This document shows positions 28,995-39,359 of a DNA stretch of 64,000 nucleotides, piece after piece. How positions within the stretch are numbered: position 1 is the stretch's first letter; the number at the start of each line of letters is the position of its first letter. The translations under genes were made by a program, and so were the position numbers. The stretch is taken from the sequence record SRR20825019_1354; one strand, 5' to 3'. The notes under the pieces were generated by a model. That model saw only the letters and a program-made list of their open reading frames with translations, made no database searches and had not been told where the DNA came from.

Positions 28995-29780
28995 CTAGCT
29001 TTCATCAATTCCTGCAGCACGCGCACGCGGGCCACCAAAATACTCTTTCACCCAAGGGTGATCAAAATTACGTACCTCACGTAGAGGCGCATTCACCAGA
29101 ATCTTCTTGTCCCCCAGCACAGCCACACGGTCGCACACACGGGCGAGCGTGTCGAGATCGTGCGTCACCAGAAAGACCGTGAGGCCGAGGGAGCGGCTCA
29201 ATTCGCGCACCAGTGCATCAAACGCAGATGCGCTGATCGGGTCGAGCCCCGCTGTTGGTTCGTCCAGAAACAAGATACTTGGGTCGAGCGCGAGAGATCG
29301 TGCAAGCGCCGCCCGCTTCCGCATGCCGCCGGAAAGACCCGAAGGAAACTTGGCTGCTGCGTCAAACGGCAGCCCCGCCATGCTTATTTTGCTCAGCGCC
29401 AGATCATCCATCAGATCCTGCGACATGTGGAAATGTTCCCGCAGCGGCACCTGCACATTCTGTGCAACCGTAAGCGAGGTAAAAAGCGCGCCGTCCTGAA
29501 ACAAAACACCCCATTCGCGGCGGGAAAGCCTGTCTTCTTCATCGCTGAGTTCTGCCCGGTTACGCCCGGCGATCTCGATCGTCCCTTCCGCTGGGTTTAA
29601 TAGTCCCACAATAGCTCGCAACAGGACAGATTTGCCGGTGCCCGATCCGCCAACAACCCCAAGGATTTCACCTTGCCTGACATCCAGATCAAGCCCGTCA
29701 TGCACCACATGCGTCCCAAAAGCGGTTTTCAGGCCGCGGACCCGGATCGCGATATCGTTTGTCGCCTGATCGTTTTCCAT
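28995..29780 (-). CDS. mlaF: ABC ATPase, MlaF family
   Basis: GGSGTGKS, LFQDGALF, LSGGMRKR, DEPTAGLDP. Confidence 0.92.
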   Translation of the reverse strand: MENDQATNDIAIRVRGLKTAFGTHVVHDGLDLDVRQGEILGVVGGSGTGKSVLLRAIVGLLNPAEGTIEIAGRNRAELSDEEDRLSRREWGVLFQDGALFTSLTVAQNVQVPLREHFHMSQDLMDDLALSKISMAGLPFDAAAKFPSGLSGGMRKRAALARSLALDPSILFLDEPTAGLDPISASAFDALVRELSRSLGLTVFLVTHDLDTLARVCDRVAVLGDKKILVNAPLREVRNFDHPWVKEYFGGPRARAAGIDES

Positions 29781-29783
29781 GCC

Positions 29784-30923
29784 CTAAAGCCCTACACTGG
29801 TGAAGAAAATGGCGAAAAGCGCATCAAGCGCAATCACCATGAAGATAGACTGCACCACGGCCCGCGTTGTGCGCGTGCCAAGAGAATCTGCGCTGCCTTC
29901 AACCCGCAGGCCGTTATAACAGCCCGCAGTTGCGATGATCGCAGCAAAAAACGGTGCCTTGATAATACCCACCCAATAGTGTTCGATCGCGATAACCTCA
30001 CGGAAGTAGACAAGGAAATTGGCCGGTGTGATATCAAGCTGTATCCACGCCATCAAAGCACCTCCCGCTATCCCCACCACATCTGCATAAAACCCGAGAA
30101 GAGGTAGGCAGATGACAAGAGCCAGAAGGCGCGGCAGCACAAGCACGTCAATCGGGTTCATGCCAAGCGTGCGCATGGCATCCACTTCTTCATGCAGCAC
30201 CATGGAGCCTATCTCTGCGGTAAACGCACTGCCGGACCGCCCAGCGACGATGATGGCGGTGAGCAGGATACCAAGCTCGCGCAAGTGCCCAATACCCAGC
30301 ATATCAATAACAAAGATATCGGCCCCGAATTTGGCAAGCTGAATGGCCCCCTGGTTCACCATGACCGCACCGATCAGAAATGCGATCAAGCCCACAATCC
30401 CCATTGAACGCAGGCCCACAATTTCCATCTGGTGCACGGTTGGCACAAGGCGCAGCCGCGCAGGGTCCATCACCGCACCAAAAAGCCTGATCAGGATAAG
30501 CCCCATAAAGCTGAGAAGACGACCGCTGGAGCGCAAACCCATAATTGTTGCGTCCCCAAGCTGCAATAGCGGCTGCAAATACCAGGCAACACTGTCTGGC
30601 AGGGTAGGCGCCGGCGGAGGGCGAGACGATATGACTTCCAGCAATGTTTTATGGTCAGCCAACACACCGGTTAGAAGCGCTGCGCCAGACTGCTCAATGC
30701 TCGCGGCATAGCGCCTGATCAGCACGGCGCCGGTGGTGTCCAGATGAGTAATGCCAGAACAGTCGATAACTGCCCCGTCGCCGCATGCTGTCACCGTCTT
30801 CGGCATAGCGCCATCTATGGCTTCTGCGTTCTCAATCGTCCAGTCACCCAACAGCCGAACCATGGCTGAAGGCGTGCCCGCCTCGACGCTCACAAAGGCG
30901 CTTTCATAAAGTTTCTGTGTCAC
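29784..30923 (-). CDS. mlaE: MlaE family permease with N-terminal STAS-like domain
   Basis: LDTTGA (STAS), LRELG.LLTAI..AGRSGSAF.AEIGSM...EEVDA; GTG start. Confidence 0.9.
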   Translation of the reverse strand: MTQKLYESAFVSVEAGTPSAMVRLLGDWTIENAEAIDGAMPKTVTACGDGAVIDCSGITHLDTTGAVLIRRYAASIEQSGAALLTGVLADHKTLLEVISSRPPPAPTLPDSVAWYLQPLLQLGDATIMGLRSSGRLLSFMGLILIRLFGAVMDPARLRLVPTVHQMEIVGLRSMGIVGLIAFLIGAVMVNQGAIQLAKFGADIFVIDMLGIGHLRELGILLTAIIVAGRSGSAFTAEIGSMVLHEEVDAMRTLGMNPIDVLVLPRLLALVICLPLLGFYADVVGIAGGALMAWIQLDITPANFLVYFREVIAIEHYWVGIIKAPFFAAIIATAGCYNGLRVEGSADSLGTRTTRAVVQSIFMVIALDALFAIFFTSVGL

Positions 30924-31061
30924 GGCAGTCGCAGCCCTTGATTATCGGCGCCTCAATTTGCACATAGGGGTCCGTAAGACTTTATCTAACATCGCGAATT
31001 AACTATAACAAACCTTGCCTAAAACGGGCCAACAAACAACCCTATAAAGGGCAGCGGACAA

Positions 31062-32468
31062 ATGAAGATCGACCCTACCAACCCTTTGCACGCTTTCGCA
31101 GCTTGGGCGGCGAATGTAGACGACAACTGGTCGGCACTTGCCCGCATACGTGCGCGCGACGCCTTTATTGATGTGATCGCCGTAATGGTGCCCGGTGCCG
31201 CAGAGCCTGTCAGCGAAACGGTGTATAATCTGGCGCACAGCTGGGGACGTGGCGATTGCCATGTCATAGGTTTTGAAGGCGGATTGCCCGCCCCCATGGC
31301 GGCGCTCGTTGGCGGCACGGAAGCACATGCGCTCGATTTTGATGACAATTTTGACCCCGCCAAAGCACACGCCACGGCTGTTCTGGCGCCTGCCCTTCTC
31401 GCACTCGCCGACGAGAGAGACCTCTCAGGCGAAGACCTGATCGATGCTTATATCGTCGGCCTGCAAATCATTGGTCGCGTTGGGCAAGGGGTGAACCCCT
31501 ATCACCGCAGCCGCGGCTGGCACGCAACGGCAACTGTTGGCGCGGTTGGTACTGCGGCAGGATGCGCACGCCTTCTAGGCTTGAACACAGAGAAAACCGC
31601 CCACGCCATTTCACTTTCAACCAGCCTTGCGGGTGGGTTCATGAGCCAGTTTGGCACCATGACGAAACCACTGCATGCGGGCCTCGCGGCCTCGGGCGCG
31701 GTGCAAGCCGCCTTGTTCGCCGAAGCCGGGATCACTGCGGGGTCCGAGACCTTGCACGGGCAAAACGGCATGGGCACCCTGATGGTTGGCCAAGACGTTG
31801 AAGAGCTTCGTGCGATCATGGCGGACAAGGATGAGCATGGCCAGAAAGTCAGGTTCGCGACAGAAGACATCGGCACCCCCCTGCATATTGAAAAATACGG
31901 CCTCAAAGTAAAACGCTTCCCCAACTGCGGAAGCGTGCACCGTGCGCTTGATGGCTTGTTGGCACTTCGTGAAGCTCACGGGCTAAGCCCTGAAAACGTG
32001 GCCGAGATTTTTGTACGGGCACCAGCCGCCCACCTGCGCAACCTGATGTATGAGCGCCCAACTAACCCGATGGAGGCCAAATTCAGCCTGGAATATGGCC
32101 TGGCTGTTGGCCTTCTCAGCGGCAATGCAACACTCAACGACTATGAGCCTGAAGCTATTGGCAGACCTGAAGTGTCGGCCCTGCTTCCGCTTGTTAAGAA
32201 GGAATATGTCGAGAAGCTGGAGAGCGATTTCCCAACAGAAGTTCATGTCACGCTCAAGGACGGTACAACCGTTCAAACCAGCGTCGCTATGCCTGTCGGG
32301 TCATCCGTCGCACCGCTTTCAGAAGCGCAGCTTCTTGAGAAATTTGACGGGTGTGTCACTGGCAGGATGGACAAAACGCGCGCGGATATGGTTAAAGGCG
32401 CCCTGTTGTCGCTTGAGAGCGAACAAAGTGTTCGAAATCTCACGGCTTTGCTTACACGGCAGAAGTGA
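31062..32468 (+). CDS. MmgE/PrpD family protein
   Basis: AHALDFDD, GWH.T...G, FGTMTKPLHAG, K.FP.C...H, AKFS..Y. Confidence 0.9.
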   Translation: MKIDPTNPLHAFAAWAANVDDNWSALARIRARDAFIDVIAVMVPGAAEPVSETVYNLAHSWGRGDCHVIGFEGGLPAPMAALVGGTEAHALDFDDNFDPAKAHATAVLAPALLALADERDLSGEDLIDAYIVGLQIIGRVGQGVNPYHRSRGWHATATVGAVGTAAGCARLLGLNTEKTAHAISLSTSLAGGFMSQFGTMTKPLHAGLAASGAVQAALFAEAGITAGSETLHGQNGMGTLMVGQDVEELRAIMADKDEHGQKVRFATEDIGTPLHIEKYGLKVKRFPNCGSVHRALDGLLALREAHGLSPENVAEIFVRAPAAHLRNLMYERPTNPMEAKFSLEYGLAVGLLSGNATLNDYEPEAIGRPEVSALLPLVKKEYVEKLESDFPTEVHVTLKDGTTVQTSVAMPVGSSVAPLSEAQLLEKFDGCVTGRMDKTRADMVKGALLSLESEQSVRNLTALLTRQK

Positions 32469-32504
32469 ATTATTATACCCCGCAGAAGGGCAAAGGATAA
32501 GAAG

Positions 32505-33320
32505 ATGGCAAAAGGTAAACTGGTGACCGCCCTTGTGCTGGCTGCAAGTCGGCGCGGGGCTGAAGATACGGTGGCAAAAATTCAAGGTGTCAGCCACAAG
32601 TGTCTGGTAACCCTTGATGGGGTTGTCATGCTCGAGCGTGTCGTACGCGAAGTTCTGGCCGCTAAATCCGTTGGCAAGATTTATGTCTCGATCGAGAGCG
32701 AAGAACTATTGCGCTCCGTCCCTGCGCTTGAAGCAATGCTGGACCGCAGTGAAATCCATTATGTGCAAAGTGCCGACAACCTCTATCTGTCAGTTGAAAA
32801 AGGGATCGCCACTATTGACGATCCTTGGCCGGTGATCATCACCACAGGCGACAATGCATTGCACACATCCGAGATGATTGACCATTTCTGCGGCGAACTG
32901 AAAACTGGTGGTGCAGACGCAGCAGTAGGCATGACCCCTGCTGACGTGATTTTGGCGACATACCCGGACGGCAAACGCGCTTTTCACAACCTCAAGGATG
33001 GCGGCTGGTCCAGCTGTAATCTATACGCTCTGACCAGCAACAAGGCCGTGATAGCTGCCAAAGTGTTTGAAGGCGGCGGCCAGTTTGGCAAAAAGCCACA
33101 GCGCATCATGAAGGCATTTGGGTTGATGTTTATGATGCTCTACAAGTTTAAGCTTGCCACTATCGACCAGTTAGCAGGCATGCTCAGCCGTCGCTGGAAG
33201 TTGAAGGTGCAGGTCATTCGCATGCCGTTTGCCGATGCGCCGATTGACGTAGACAACCCCGGTGACTTTGCACTGACTGAGCGGATATTGCAGTCTCGCC
33301 ACGCAGCTGCGGCTGAATAG
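32505..33320 (+). CDS. MobA-like NTP transferase/nucleotidyltransferase family protein
   Basis: ALVLA..R, K.LV...G..ML.RV, P.IITTGD, YP...R, S.CNL, IDVD.P.D. Confidence 0.82.
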   Translation: MAKGKLVTALVLAASRRGAEDTVAKIQGVSHKCLVTLDGVVMLERVVREVLAAKSVGKIYVSIESEELLRSVPALEAMLDRSEIHYVQSADNLYLSVEKGIATIDDPWPVIITTGDNALHTSEMIDHFCGELKTGGADAAVGMTPADVILATYPDGKRAFHNLKDGGWSSCNLYALTSNKAVIAAKVFEGGGQFGKKPQRIMKAFGLMFMMLYKFKLATIDQLAGMLSRRWKLKVQVIRMPFADAPIDVDNPGDFALTERILQSRHAAAAE

Positions 33321-33334
33321 GACTTCCCCTCATA

Positions 33335-33365
33335 AGAAGCCACCTCATACGGTATGGTGGCTTCT
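33335..33365 (+). terminator. 10-bp stem-loop after the NTP transferase gene (no U tail)
   Basis: AGAAGCCACC / GGTGGCTTCT inverted repeat. Confidence 0.45.
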
Positions 33366-33497
33366 GAGTGAATGGCAGCCATGTGCCACCAGCCCATATA
33401 AACCGTCAATTTTCCAGCCAGCCTTCCGCACGCAATTCTTGTTTTCTTAACTCTTGCTGCCTATTCTGGTTTCAAGAAGAACCTGAAGGACAGCACG

Positions 33498-34463
33498 TTG
33501 CGAGCAGACAGCACCACCACTTTTCGTTCACTCTATCCCTCAATCGAGCCTTATACGAGTGAACGCATTCCCGTGGCTGACGGGCATGAGATTTATGTAG
33601 AACAGTCGGGCAATCCGCACGGCATACCGGTACTGTTTGTGCATGGCGGCCCGGGTGGTGGCACAAGCCCTATCCAGCGCCGTTTCTTCAATCCAAGCAA
33701 ATATCGCATCATTCTGTTTGATCAGCGCGGTTGCGGCAAAAGCCGCCCTCATGCGTCGCTTGAAAATAACACCACGTGGAACCTGATTGCGGATATGGAA
33801 GCTATCCGGACACACCTGCGGGTAAAAACATGGGTCCTGTTTGGTGGATCATGGGGCAGCACACTGTCGCTTCTTTATGCACAAACCCATCCAGACCGTA
33901 CACGACAGATCATCCTGCGCGGCATCTTCCTTTCGCGGCAAAAAGAGCTGGACTGGTTCTACAAGGATGGGACCCGCTCTTTGTTCCCTGAGGCCTGGCA
34001 CCGTTTCTCAACTATGGTACCAGCGGATGAGCAAGATGATCTCATCGGAGCCTACTACAAGCGCCTGACCGAGCCGGAATTTGAACGCGAGCGGCTCAGC
34101 TTCGCCAAGGAATGGAGCCTTTGGGAGGGTAGCACAGTAACGCTTGTACCGGACGACGAGCAGCGCGCCCATTCGGTTGACCCGGTGTTTGCACTCGCCT
34201 TCGCACGCATTGAGGCGCATTATTTCCTCAACCAGTGTTTCCTCGACAGTGACAACCACATCCTGCGCGACACGCCCAAGCTCAAGGATATCCCCGTCAC
34301 TATCATTCAGGGCCGCTACGACGCCATATGCCCCCCAACCAGCGCTTGGGAACTTGCACGGGCGATGCCGTGGGCCACATTGAAGATTGTACCCGTTGCA
34401 GGGCACTCAGCTTTTGAGCCTGCTATCCAGCACGAGCTCATATGCGCAACAGACGCGGTCTGA
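33498..34463 (+). CDS. pip: Proline iminopeptidase
   Basis: HGGPG, DQRGCGKS, GGSWG nucleophile, QGRYD, AGHS; TTG start after AAGGA. Confidence 0.95.
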   Translation: MRADSTTTFRSLYPSIEPYTSERIPVADGHEIYVEQSGNPHGIPVLFVHGGPGGGTSPIQRRFFNPSKYRIILFDQRGCGKSRPHASLENNTTWNLIADMEAIRTHLRVKTWVLFGGSWGSTLSLLYAQTHPDRTRQIILRGIFLSRQKELDWFYKDGTRSLFPEAWHRFSTMVPADEQDDLIGAYYKRLTEPEFERERLSFAKEWSLWEGSTVTLVPDDEQRAHSVDPVFALAFARIEAHYFLNQCFLDSDNHILRDTPKLKDIPVTIIQGRYDAICPPTSAWELARAMPWATLKIVPVAGHSAFEPAIQHELICATDAV

Positions 34464-34553
34464 CAAACTCGTTCATCATGCGCCAATCTGTCACTTGCCG
34501 ACATGCCGGAAAACCGCTAAGGCTGCCTGCGTTCGTTTAATGAGGAAGTGACC

Positions 34554-35003
34554 ATGAAGATTATTTTGGCTGTGATCATGTTTTGTTTTACGCTTGGTGC
34601 AACTCCTGTGTTCGCACACGGCGAAGAAGGCCACGGCCTGAGCATTGAGAAAGCCTGGGCACGCAAGACCAGCCGTACGGTATCCGCTGCCGTCTATCTC
34701 ACCATCACCAACGATGCACACGATATGGAATTCCTGAACGGCGTCTCAACAGACATCGCCAACATGGCTATGATACATCAGTCCCGTGAAGTGGATGGTG
34801 TGATGCAGATGGACCATATGGATACTCTGCCCATTGCACCCGGCGAAACGCTAGAGTTCGCACCGGGCGGTTACCACGTCATGCTGATGGGGCTCACGAA
34901 ACCACTTGCCGAAGGCGACGTGTTCACCATCACGCTTGATTTTGAGAATGCCGGGGCCACGCCCGTCATCGTTGAAGTCACCGGCCTTATGGGGCTTGAA
35001 TAA
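34554..35003 (+). CDS. Periplasmic copper chaperone PCu(A)C
   Basis: Signal peptide, AWAR, H-x10-M..PGGYHVMLMG copper-site pattern. Confidence 0.92.
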   Translation: MKIILAVIMFCFTLGATPVFAHGEEGHGLSIEKAWARKTSRTVSAAVYLTITNDAHDMEFLNGVSTDIANMAMIHQSREVDGVMQMDHMDTLPIAPGETLEFAPGGYHVMLMGLTKPLAEGDVFTITLDFENAGATPVIVEVTGLMGLE

Positions 35004-35009
35004 CCTTCG

Positions 35010-36032
35010 TTAGAGCCAACCCTGCAACTCGCTGCACGCAACAGCGTCAATCACCCGCATGCCCCCCTCGGTCGCGTTCAGGCAGGGAATGTAATGGAAG
35101 TGCGTGCCGCCATTCTCCAGGAAGGTTTCGCGCAGCTCCATATTGATCTCTTCCAGCGTCTCAAGACAGTCTGAGCTGAAAGCTGGCGCCAAAACCGCCA
35201 AGCGTTTGAGGCCATCTTTCGCGAGCTTCTCCACAGTTTTATCTGTATAGGGGCTGACCCATTCCGTTGGCCCGACACGGGACTGGAAGCTGGTGATCAA
35301 TTCATCTTCGCTTTTGCCAAGGCGTTCCCGCAACAGACGGCTGGTTTTAAAACACTGGCACGGATATGGGTCTCCTTTGTCCCAATATGATTTGGGGATG
35401 GAGTGATAGGAGGCGAGGATTTTCTCCGGCTGCCAGTCAAGCGTTTCAAGTGACGCTGTCACGGATGCAGCGAGCTCCTCCGAGAAGGACGGATGGTCCA
35501 CATAAGCGGGAACGGTTCGCACCGCCGGTTGCCAGCGCATCTCACCCAACACTTCAAAGACCTTATCGTAGGCCGTTGCCGTTGTGGTTGCGCTATATTG
35601 CGGGTAGAGCGCAAATGCGAGGATGCGGTCACAGCCCTTTTCCCTCAGGGCCTCCAGCCCCCGTTTTATTGAGGGCTGGCCGTAACGGAACGCCCATTCC
35701 ACATGCGCCGCGTCGCCCATCAATTGCTGAAGTTTCTCTGCCTGGTCTCGTGAGTGGGTACGAAGAGGCGATTCGTCACGCTCATAGTCCCAGACCTTGG
35801 CGTACGCCTTTGCTGACTTGGCTGGCCGGAATGTCAGGATGGGGCCATAAAGAATGGGCAACCATATGGGTTTTGGTGTTTCGATCACGCGCGGGTCTGA
35901 CAAAAACTCGGCCAGATACCGACGCACGGCGCCATAGGTTGGCGCGTCTGGCGTCCCAAGGCTGAGTAGAAGGATACCAACCTTGCCGTTTTTAACCAAA
36001 GGATGCAGATCGTTCATTTTCTTCTTAACCAA
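35010..36032 (-). CDS. hemH: Ferrochelatase (start TTG 36032 or ATG 36017)
   Basis: LGTPD, YL.EFLSD.RV, YPQYS, SYH.IP, GDPY, FQSR.G, DCLETLEE. Confidence 0.96.
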   Translation of the reverse strand: MVKKKMNDLHPLVKNGKVGILLLSLGTPDAPTYGAVRRYLAEFLSDPRVIETPKPIWLPILYGPILTFRPAKSAKAYAKVWDYERDESPLRTHSRDQAEKLQQLMGDAAHVEWAFRYGQPSIKRGLEALREKGCDRILAFALYPQYSATTTATAYDKVFEVLGEMRWQPAVRTVPAYVDHPSFSEELAASVTASLETLDWQPEKILASYHSIPKSYWDKGDPYPCQCFKTSRLLRERLGKSEDELITSFQSRVGPTEWVSPYTDKTVEKLAKDGLKRLAVLAPAFSSDCLETLEEINMELRETFLENGGTHFHYIPCLNATEGGMRVIDAVACSELQGWL

Positions 36033-36142
36033 AACCGTTGTGTGACATGCTTTTTCCTACGACATCCACGCGCCTTTAGCTCATAAAAAAACGCGATTTC
36101 TGCAATCGCTGCGGTCATATGTCGTACTGGAAGCTTTTGGGA

Positions 36143-37186
36143 TTACTGCAATATCCGGACAAGCATTTGTCCGGCATCACGCACAGGGTCCGTTGCAACA
36201 GCCAGCACCCATCCAGCGTGGGGCGTGTGATAGGAGCGTATTGGTGTGCCAAAAGGGTCATAGATCGTCGCTACCAACTGCCCTTTTTCCACCCGGTCAC
36301 GTAACGAGACGTGAACAACAGCGAGCCCGCCCTCCTCCGTCGTAACGTTGCTATAATGCGTACCCACAACCGGGGACGCTTTTGGCTTAAGGGGTGTTCC
36401 ATCAAGAAGGCCGCTGGTCACCATCATATTCTCAAGCCCCATAACCGCCTTCTCGATCAACTGGTCCTGAAACCGCTTGGGTGCACCAATTTCATAGGTA
36501 ACGGCGGGAACGCCTTTTGCAAGCAGGCTGGTTTCCAGCGTGCCTTTCTCGCCCTTGTCGTTTTTGATCATTTCAGGCAACAGGGCGTAAGCCATCTTCC
36601 GCGCTGTATTGTTGCGAAAATCAGCAAACACAAAAAGCGGATAGGCTGTGCCTGTGGTTTGGGTATGCAGGTCGACGGCGAAATCCGTACCCGGCAGAAA
36701 CAGGTCCTGCCACAGATGGCGCACATAAACTGCCTCAGCCTCACCGCGTTTCTGGTTACCCGGGAACGCGCGGTTTGGGTCACCGCCACGTGGGCCAAAA
36801 TACCGGCTATGGGCCTCCATGCCCGGTTGGTTTACGCCGGGAACGGCAACAATCGTACCCGAGAGGGCAACGGGTTGGATTTCTTCCAGCAACCGGTGAA
36901 TGACGCGAATACCGTTTAATTCATCACCGTGCACCGCCGCTGTAAGCAGAAGCTGCTTACCTGGTTTTTCACCCTTCATCACAATGACCGGCACCAGCAC
37001 AGGCACACCCGTACCCCTCGCTCCAGCACGGAAATAGAAATGGTGTCGCCCAGGTGTCAGTGACGCCGTATCCAGCCGATCAATGAGAGGCGGTGCGGCT
37101 TTCTCAACCGGGTGGTCTGCGAAAGCATTGCCAAGGGGCATTATCGCGCACAGCACCATGATCAAGGCTTTCCTGACAAACCCCAC
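36143..37186 (-). CDS. Secreted succinylglutamate desuccinylase/aspartoacylase (M14-like) protein
   Basis: HGDE.NG, D.NR.FPG, DLHT, EIG, C-terminal biotinyl-like barrel; GTG 37186 with AGGAG 8 nt upstream. Confidence 0.85.
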   Translation of the reverse strand: MGFVRKALIMVLCAIMPLGNAFADHPVEKAAPPLIDRLDTASLTPGRHHFYFRAGARGTGVPVLVPVIVMKGEKPGKQLLLTAAVHGDELNGIRVIHRLLEEIQPVALSGTIVAVPGVNQPGMEAHSRYFGPRGGDPNRAFPGNQKRGEAEAVYVRHLWQDLFLPGTDFAVDLHTQTTGTAYPLFVFADFRNNTARKMAYALLPEMIKNDKGEKGTLETSLLAKGVPAVTYEIGAPKRFQDQLIEKAVMGLENMMVTSGLLDGTPLKPKASPVVGTHYSNVTTEEGGLAVVHVSLRDRVEKGQLVATIYDPFGTPIRSYHTPHAGWVLAVATDPVRDAGQMLVRILQ

Positions 37187-37329
37187 CAAACGATCTCCTT
37201 TTCCACAATCTGGTACACATATTCGCAGACGAAACCACCGTGTTGCAATCATCATTCTGATACTGCACGGAAAATTGGGTTGCGCGCACAATCCAGCTAG
37301 TGCCAAATAGAGGGGAAGGAGAGCTCCCT

Positions 37330-37962
37330 ATGGGCGCCAATTGCTGTCATAATGTAAAATTTGAAGGCATGGACCCACGATACCGTCGTGCTCTCATTCT
37401 GGTTATTCTTATCAATGCTGTCATGTTTCTGGTCGAAATGCCGATGGGTTTTGTCGGCGATAGCCAAGCGCTCAAGGCCGATGCTCTCGATTTTCTCGGC
37501 GACACATGCACCTATGCGCTCTCACTTTATGTGATCGGAAAAGCCGCCAGCCTGCGTGCAAAGGCTGCGCTTTTTAAAGGGCTCAGCCTCAGCGCAATGG
37601 GGCTTTGGGTTCTGGGCTCAACACTATACACGGTGCTCTACCTCAAGGAGCCGCAGGCGTTCATCATGGGTTCTGTTGGCGCCGCTGCTCTGGCCGCAAA
37701 TATCGCGAGTGTGCTTCTGCTCATGCGCTTCAAGGACGGAGACGCAAACGTGCGTTCCGTATGGTTATGCAGCCGTAACGACGCCATCGGTAACGTGATG
37801 GTCATGATCGCGGCATCAGGTGTCTGGGCTACCGGCACCGGCTGGCCCGATCTTATTGTCGCAGCCATTATGGCCAGTATTTTCCTGAGCGGATCCTTCA
37901 CCATCATCAAACAAGCCCGAGCGGAATTGGCCCATCTCAGGCATCACGCTGCCGCAGAATAG
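37330..37962 (+). CDS. Cation diffusion facilitator family transporter, short form
   Basis: N-terminal CCH, N..MF.VE, S.AL.ADALDF.GD, N.RS.WLCSRNDA.GN, WPD; His-rich tail. Confidence 0.9.
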   Translation: MGANCCHNVKFEGMDPRYRRALILVILINAVMFLVEMPMGFVGDSQALKADALDFLGDTCTYALSLYVIGKAASLRAKAALFKGLSLSAMGLWVLGSTLYTVLYLKEPQAFIMGSVGAAALAANIASVLLLMRFKDGDANVRSVWLCSRNDAIGNVMVMIAASGVWATGTGWPDLIVAAIMASIFLSGSFTIIKQARAELAHLRHHAAAE

Positions 37963-37971
37963 GGGCTTCGC

Positions 37972-39264
37972 ATGAGCCATACAAAATTCTCGCTCCTTGG
38001 AACCCGTCGGTTCCTTGCCATTTTCATTACCCAGTTTCTGGGAGCCATGAATGACAACCTGTTCCGGCAGGCGTTAATCATGCTGATCACCTACCGCATC
38101 GCGGAACAGGTAGCCATGCAGCCGGCGGTTCTGAATAATCTGGCGATCGGGCTTTTCATCCTGCCCTATTTTCTGTTCTCAGCCCTTGCTGGCCAACTCG
38201 CAGACAAATTTGACAAATCGAAACAAATCGTCTGGATTAAGCTTTGGGAGGTGGGATTGATGCTAGTAGGCGCACTTGCGTTCCAGCTTTCAAGCCTGCC
38301 GCTGATGATCGCGGTCCTCTCTGGCCTTGGGCTGCAAAGCACCTTCTTCGGGCCCATCAAATATAGCATCCTGCCTGAATTGACGAGCAAGGACGAGCTT
38401 CTGAGCGCCAACGGTCTCATCGAGGCTGGCACATTTGTATCCATCCTCCTTGGTTTGCTGATCGGCGGGCTTCTGGTGCTGCAACCCGGCGGCACAGACA
38501 AGATGGCCATACTGATGATCACTCTGGCCATTATTGGTACTATTTCAGGCAGCATGGTGCCAAGCACAGGTGCAGCGGCGCCAGACTTGAAACTCAACCT
38601 CAATATTTTCACCGCAACCGGTCGGCAGGTCAAAGCGGCGTGGCGACATGAAATTGCCCGCCCTGCTATTATTGGCATCAGCTGGATATGGTTGTATGGC
38701 TCTATCTATCTCACGCAAATACCTGACGTGGTAAAAAACAGGCTTGGTGGTGATGAAACCGTAGTCACCATCATCATCGCCTGTTTCTCGATCGGCATCG
38801 GTGTCGGGTCTTTGATGTGCGCGCGTCTCCTGAAAGGCGAAATTTCCGCCAAACTGGCCAAACCCGCACTGTTTACACTCACTGTCACCAGCCTCTTGTT
38901 ATACCTTTCTCTGCCCGGCGAAAATGGTGTGACCCCGGATGAGATTATCAATATCGGCGAATTTCTGGTAACACCAACCAATTGGATCGTTCTTGCGCTC
39001 ATTATTGCTGTGGCAATAGCGACAGGCATGGTAATCGTGCCTTTCTATGCAATCCTACAGGATCGCAGCAAGCGCAGCGAACGGTCCCGCATGATTGCGG
39101 CAAACAACATTTTCAACAGCGGTTTCATGGCTGGTGGTTCTATCATTGCGGCGATCCTTATTGTGCTGGGGCTATCGTCCTCCGAGATTCTGTTGGTGTT
39201 TGCCTTTGCCAACCTGGCCATCGTACCCGTCGCCATGCTGTTGATGAAGCGAATGCAGCAATAA
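37972..39264 (+). CDS. MFS transporter, LplT/Aas-associated lysophospholipid-flippase-like
   Basis: RRF...F.TQFLGA.NDNL, FILP..LFS..AGQLADK, STFFGP.KYSILP, RSR.IAANNI.N. Confidence 0.85.
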   Translation: MSHTKFSLLGTRRFLAIFITQFLGAMNDNLFRQALIMLITYRIAEQVAMQPAVLNNLAIGLFILPYFLFSALAGQLADKFDKSKQIVWIKLWEVGLMLVGALAFQLSSLPLMIAVLSGLGLQSTFFGPIKYSILPELTSKDELLSANGLIEAGTFVSILLGLLIGGLLVLQPGGTDKMAILMITLAIIGTISGSMVPSTGAAAPDLKLNLNIFTATGRQVKAAWRHEIARPAIIGISWIWLYGSIYLTQIPDVVKNRLGGDETVVTIIIACFSIGIGVGSLMCARLLKGEISAKLAKPALFTLTVTSLLLYLSLPGENGVTPDEIINIGEFLVTPTNWIVLALIIAVAIATGMVIVPFYAILQDRSKRSERSRMIAANNIFNSGFMAGGSIIAAILIVLGLSSSEILLVFAFANLAIVPVAMLLMKRMQQ

Positions 39265-39359
39265 ATATGTGCATGAGCGCCTTGAAATAGATACATTTGA
39301 ATCAAAGACTTGTGGCATAGTTCCCCTGCTGCATATAGTGACCGAGAGAAGGAGTTTTC

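Noticed and set aside
37270-37320. MerR-type operator before the CDF gene
   Set aside because: No convincing dyad between -35 and -10 elements, and no MerR gene nearby.
39310-39335. Sigma-54 promoter before yhhN (TGGCAT...)
   Set aside because: Spacing to GC is not 10 nt.
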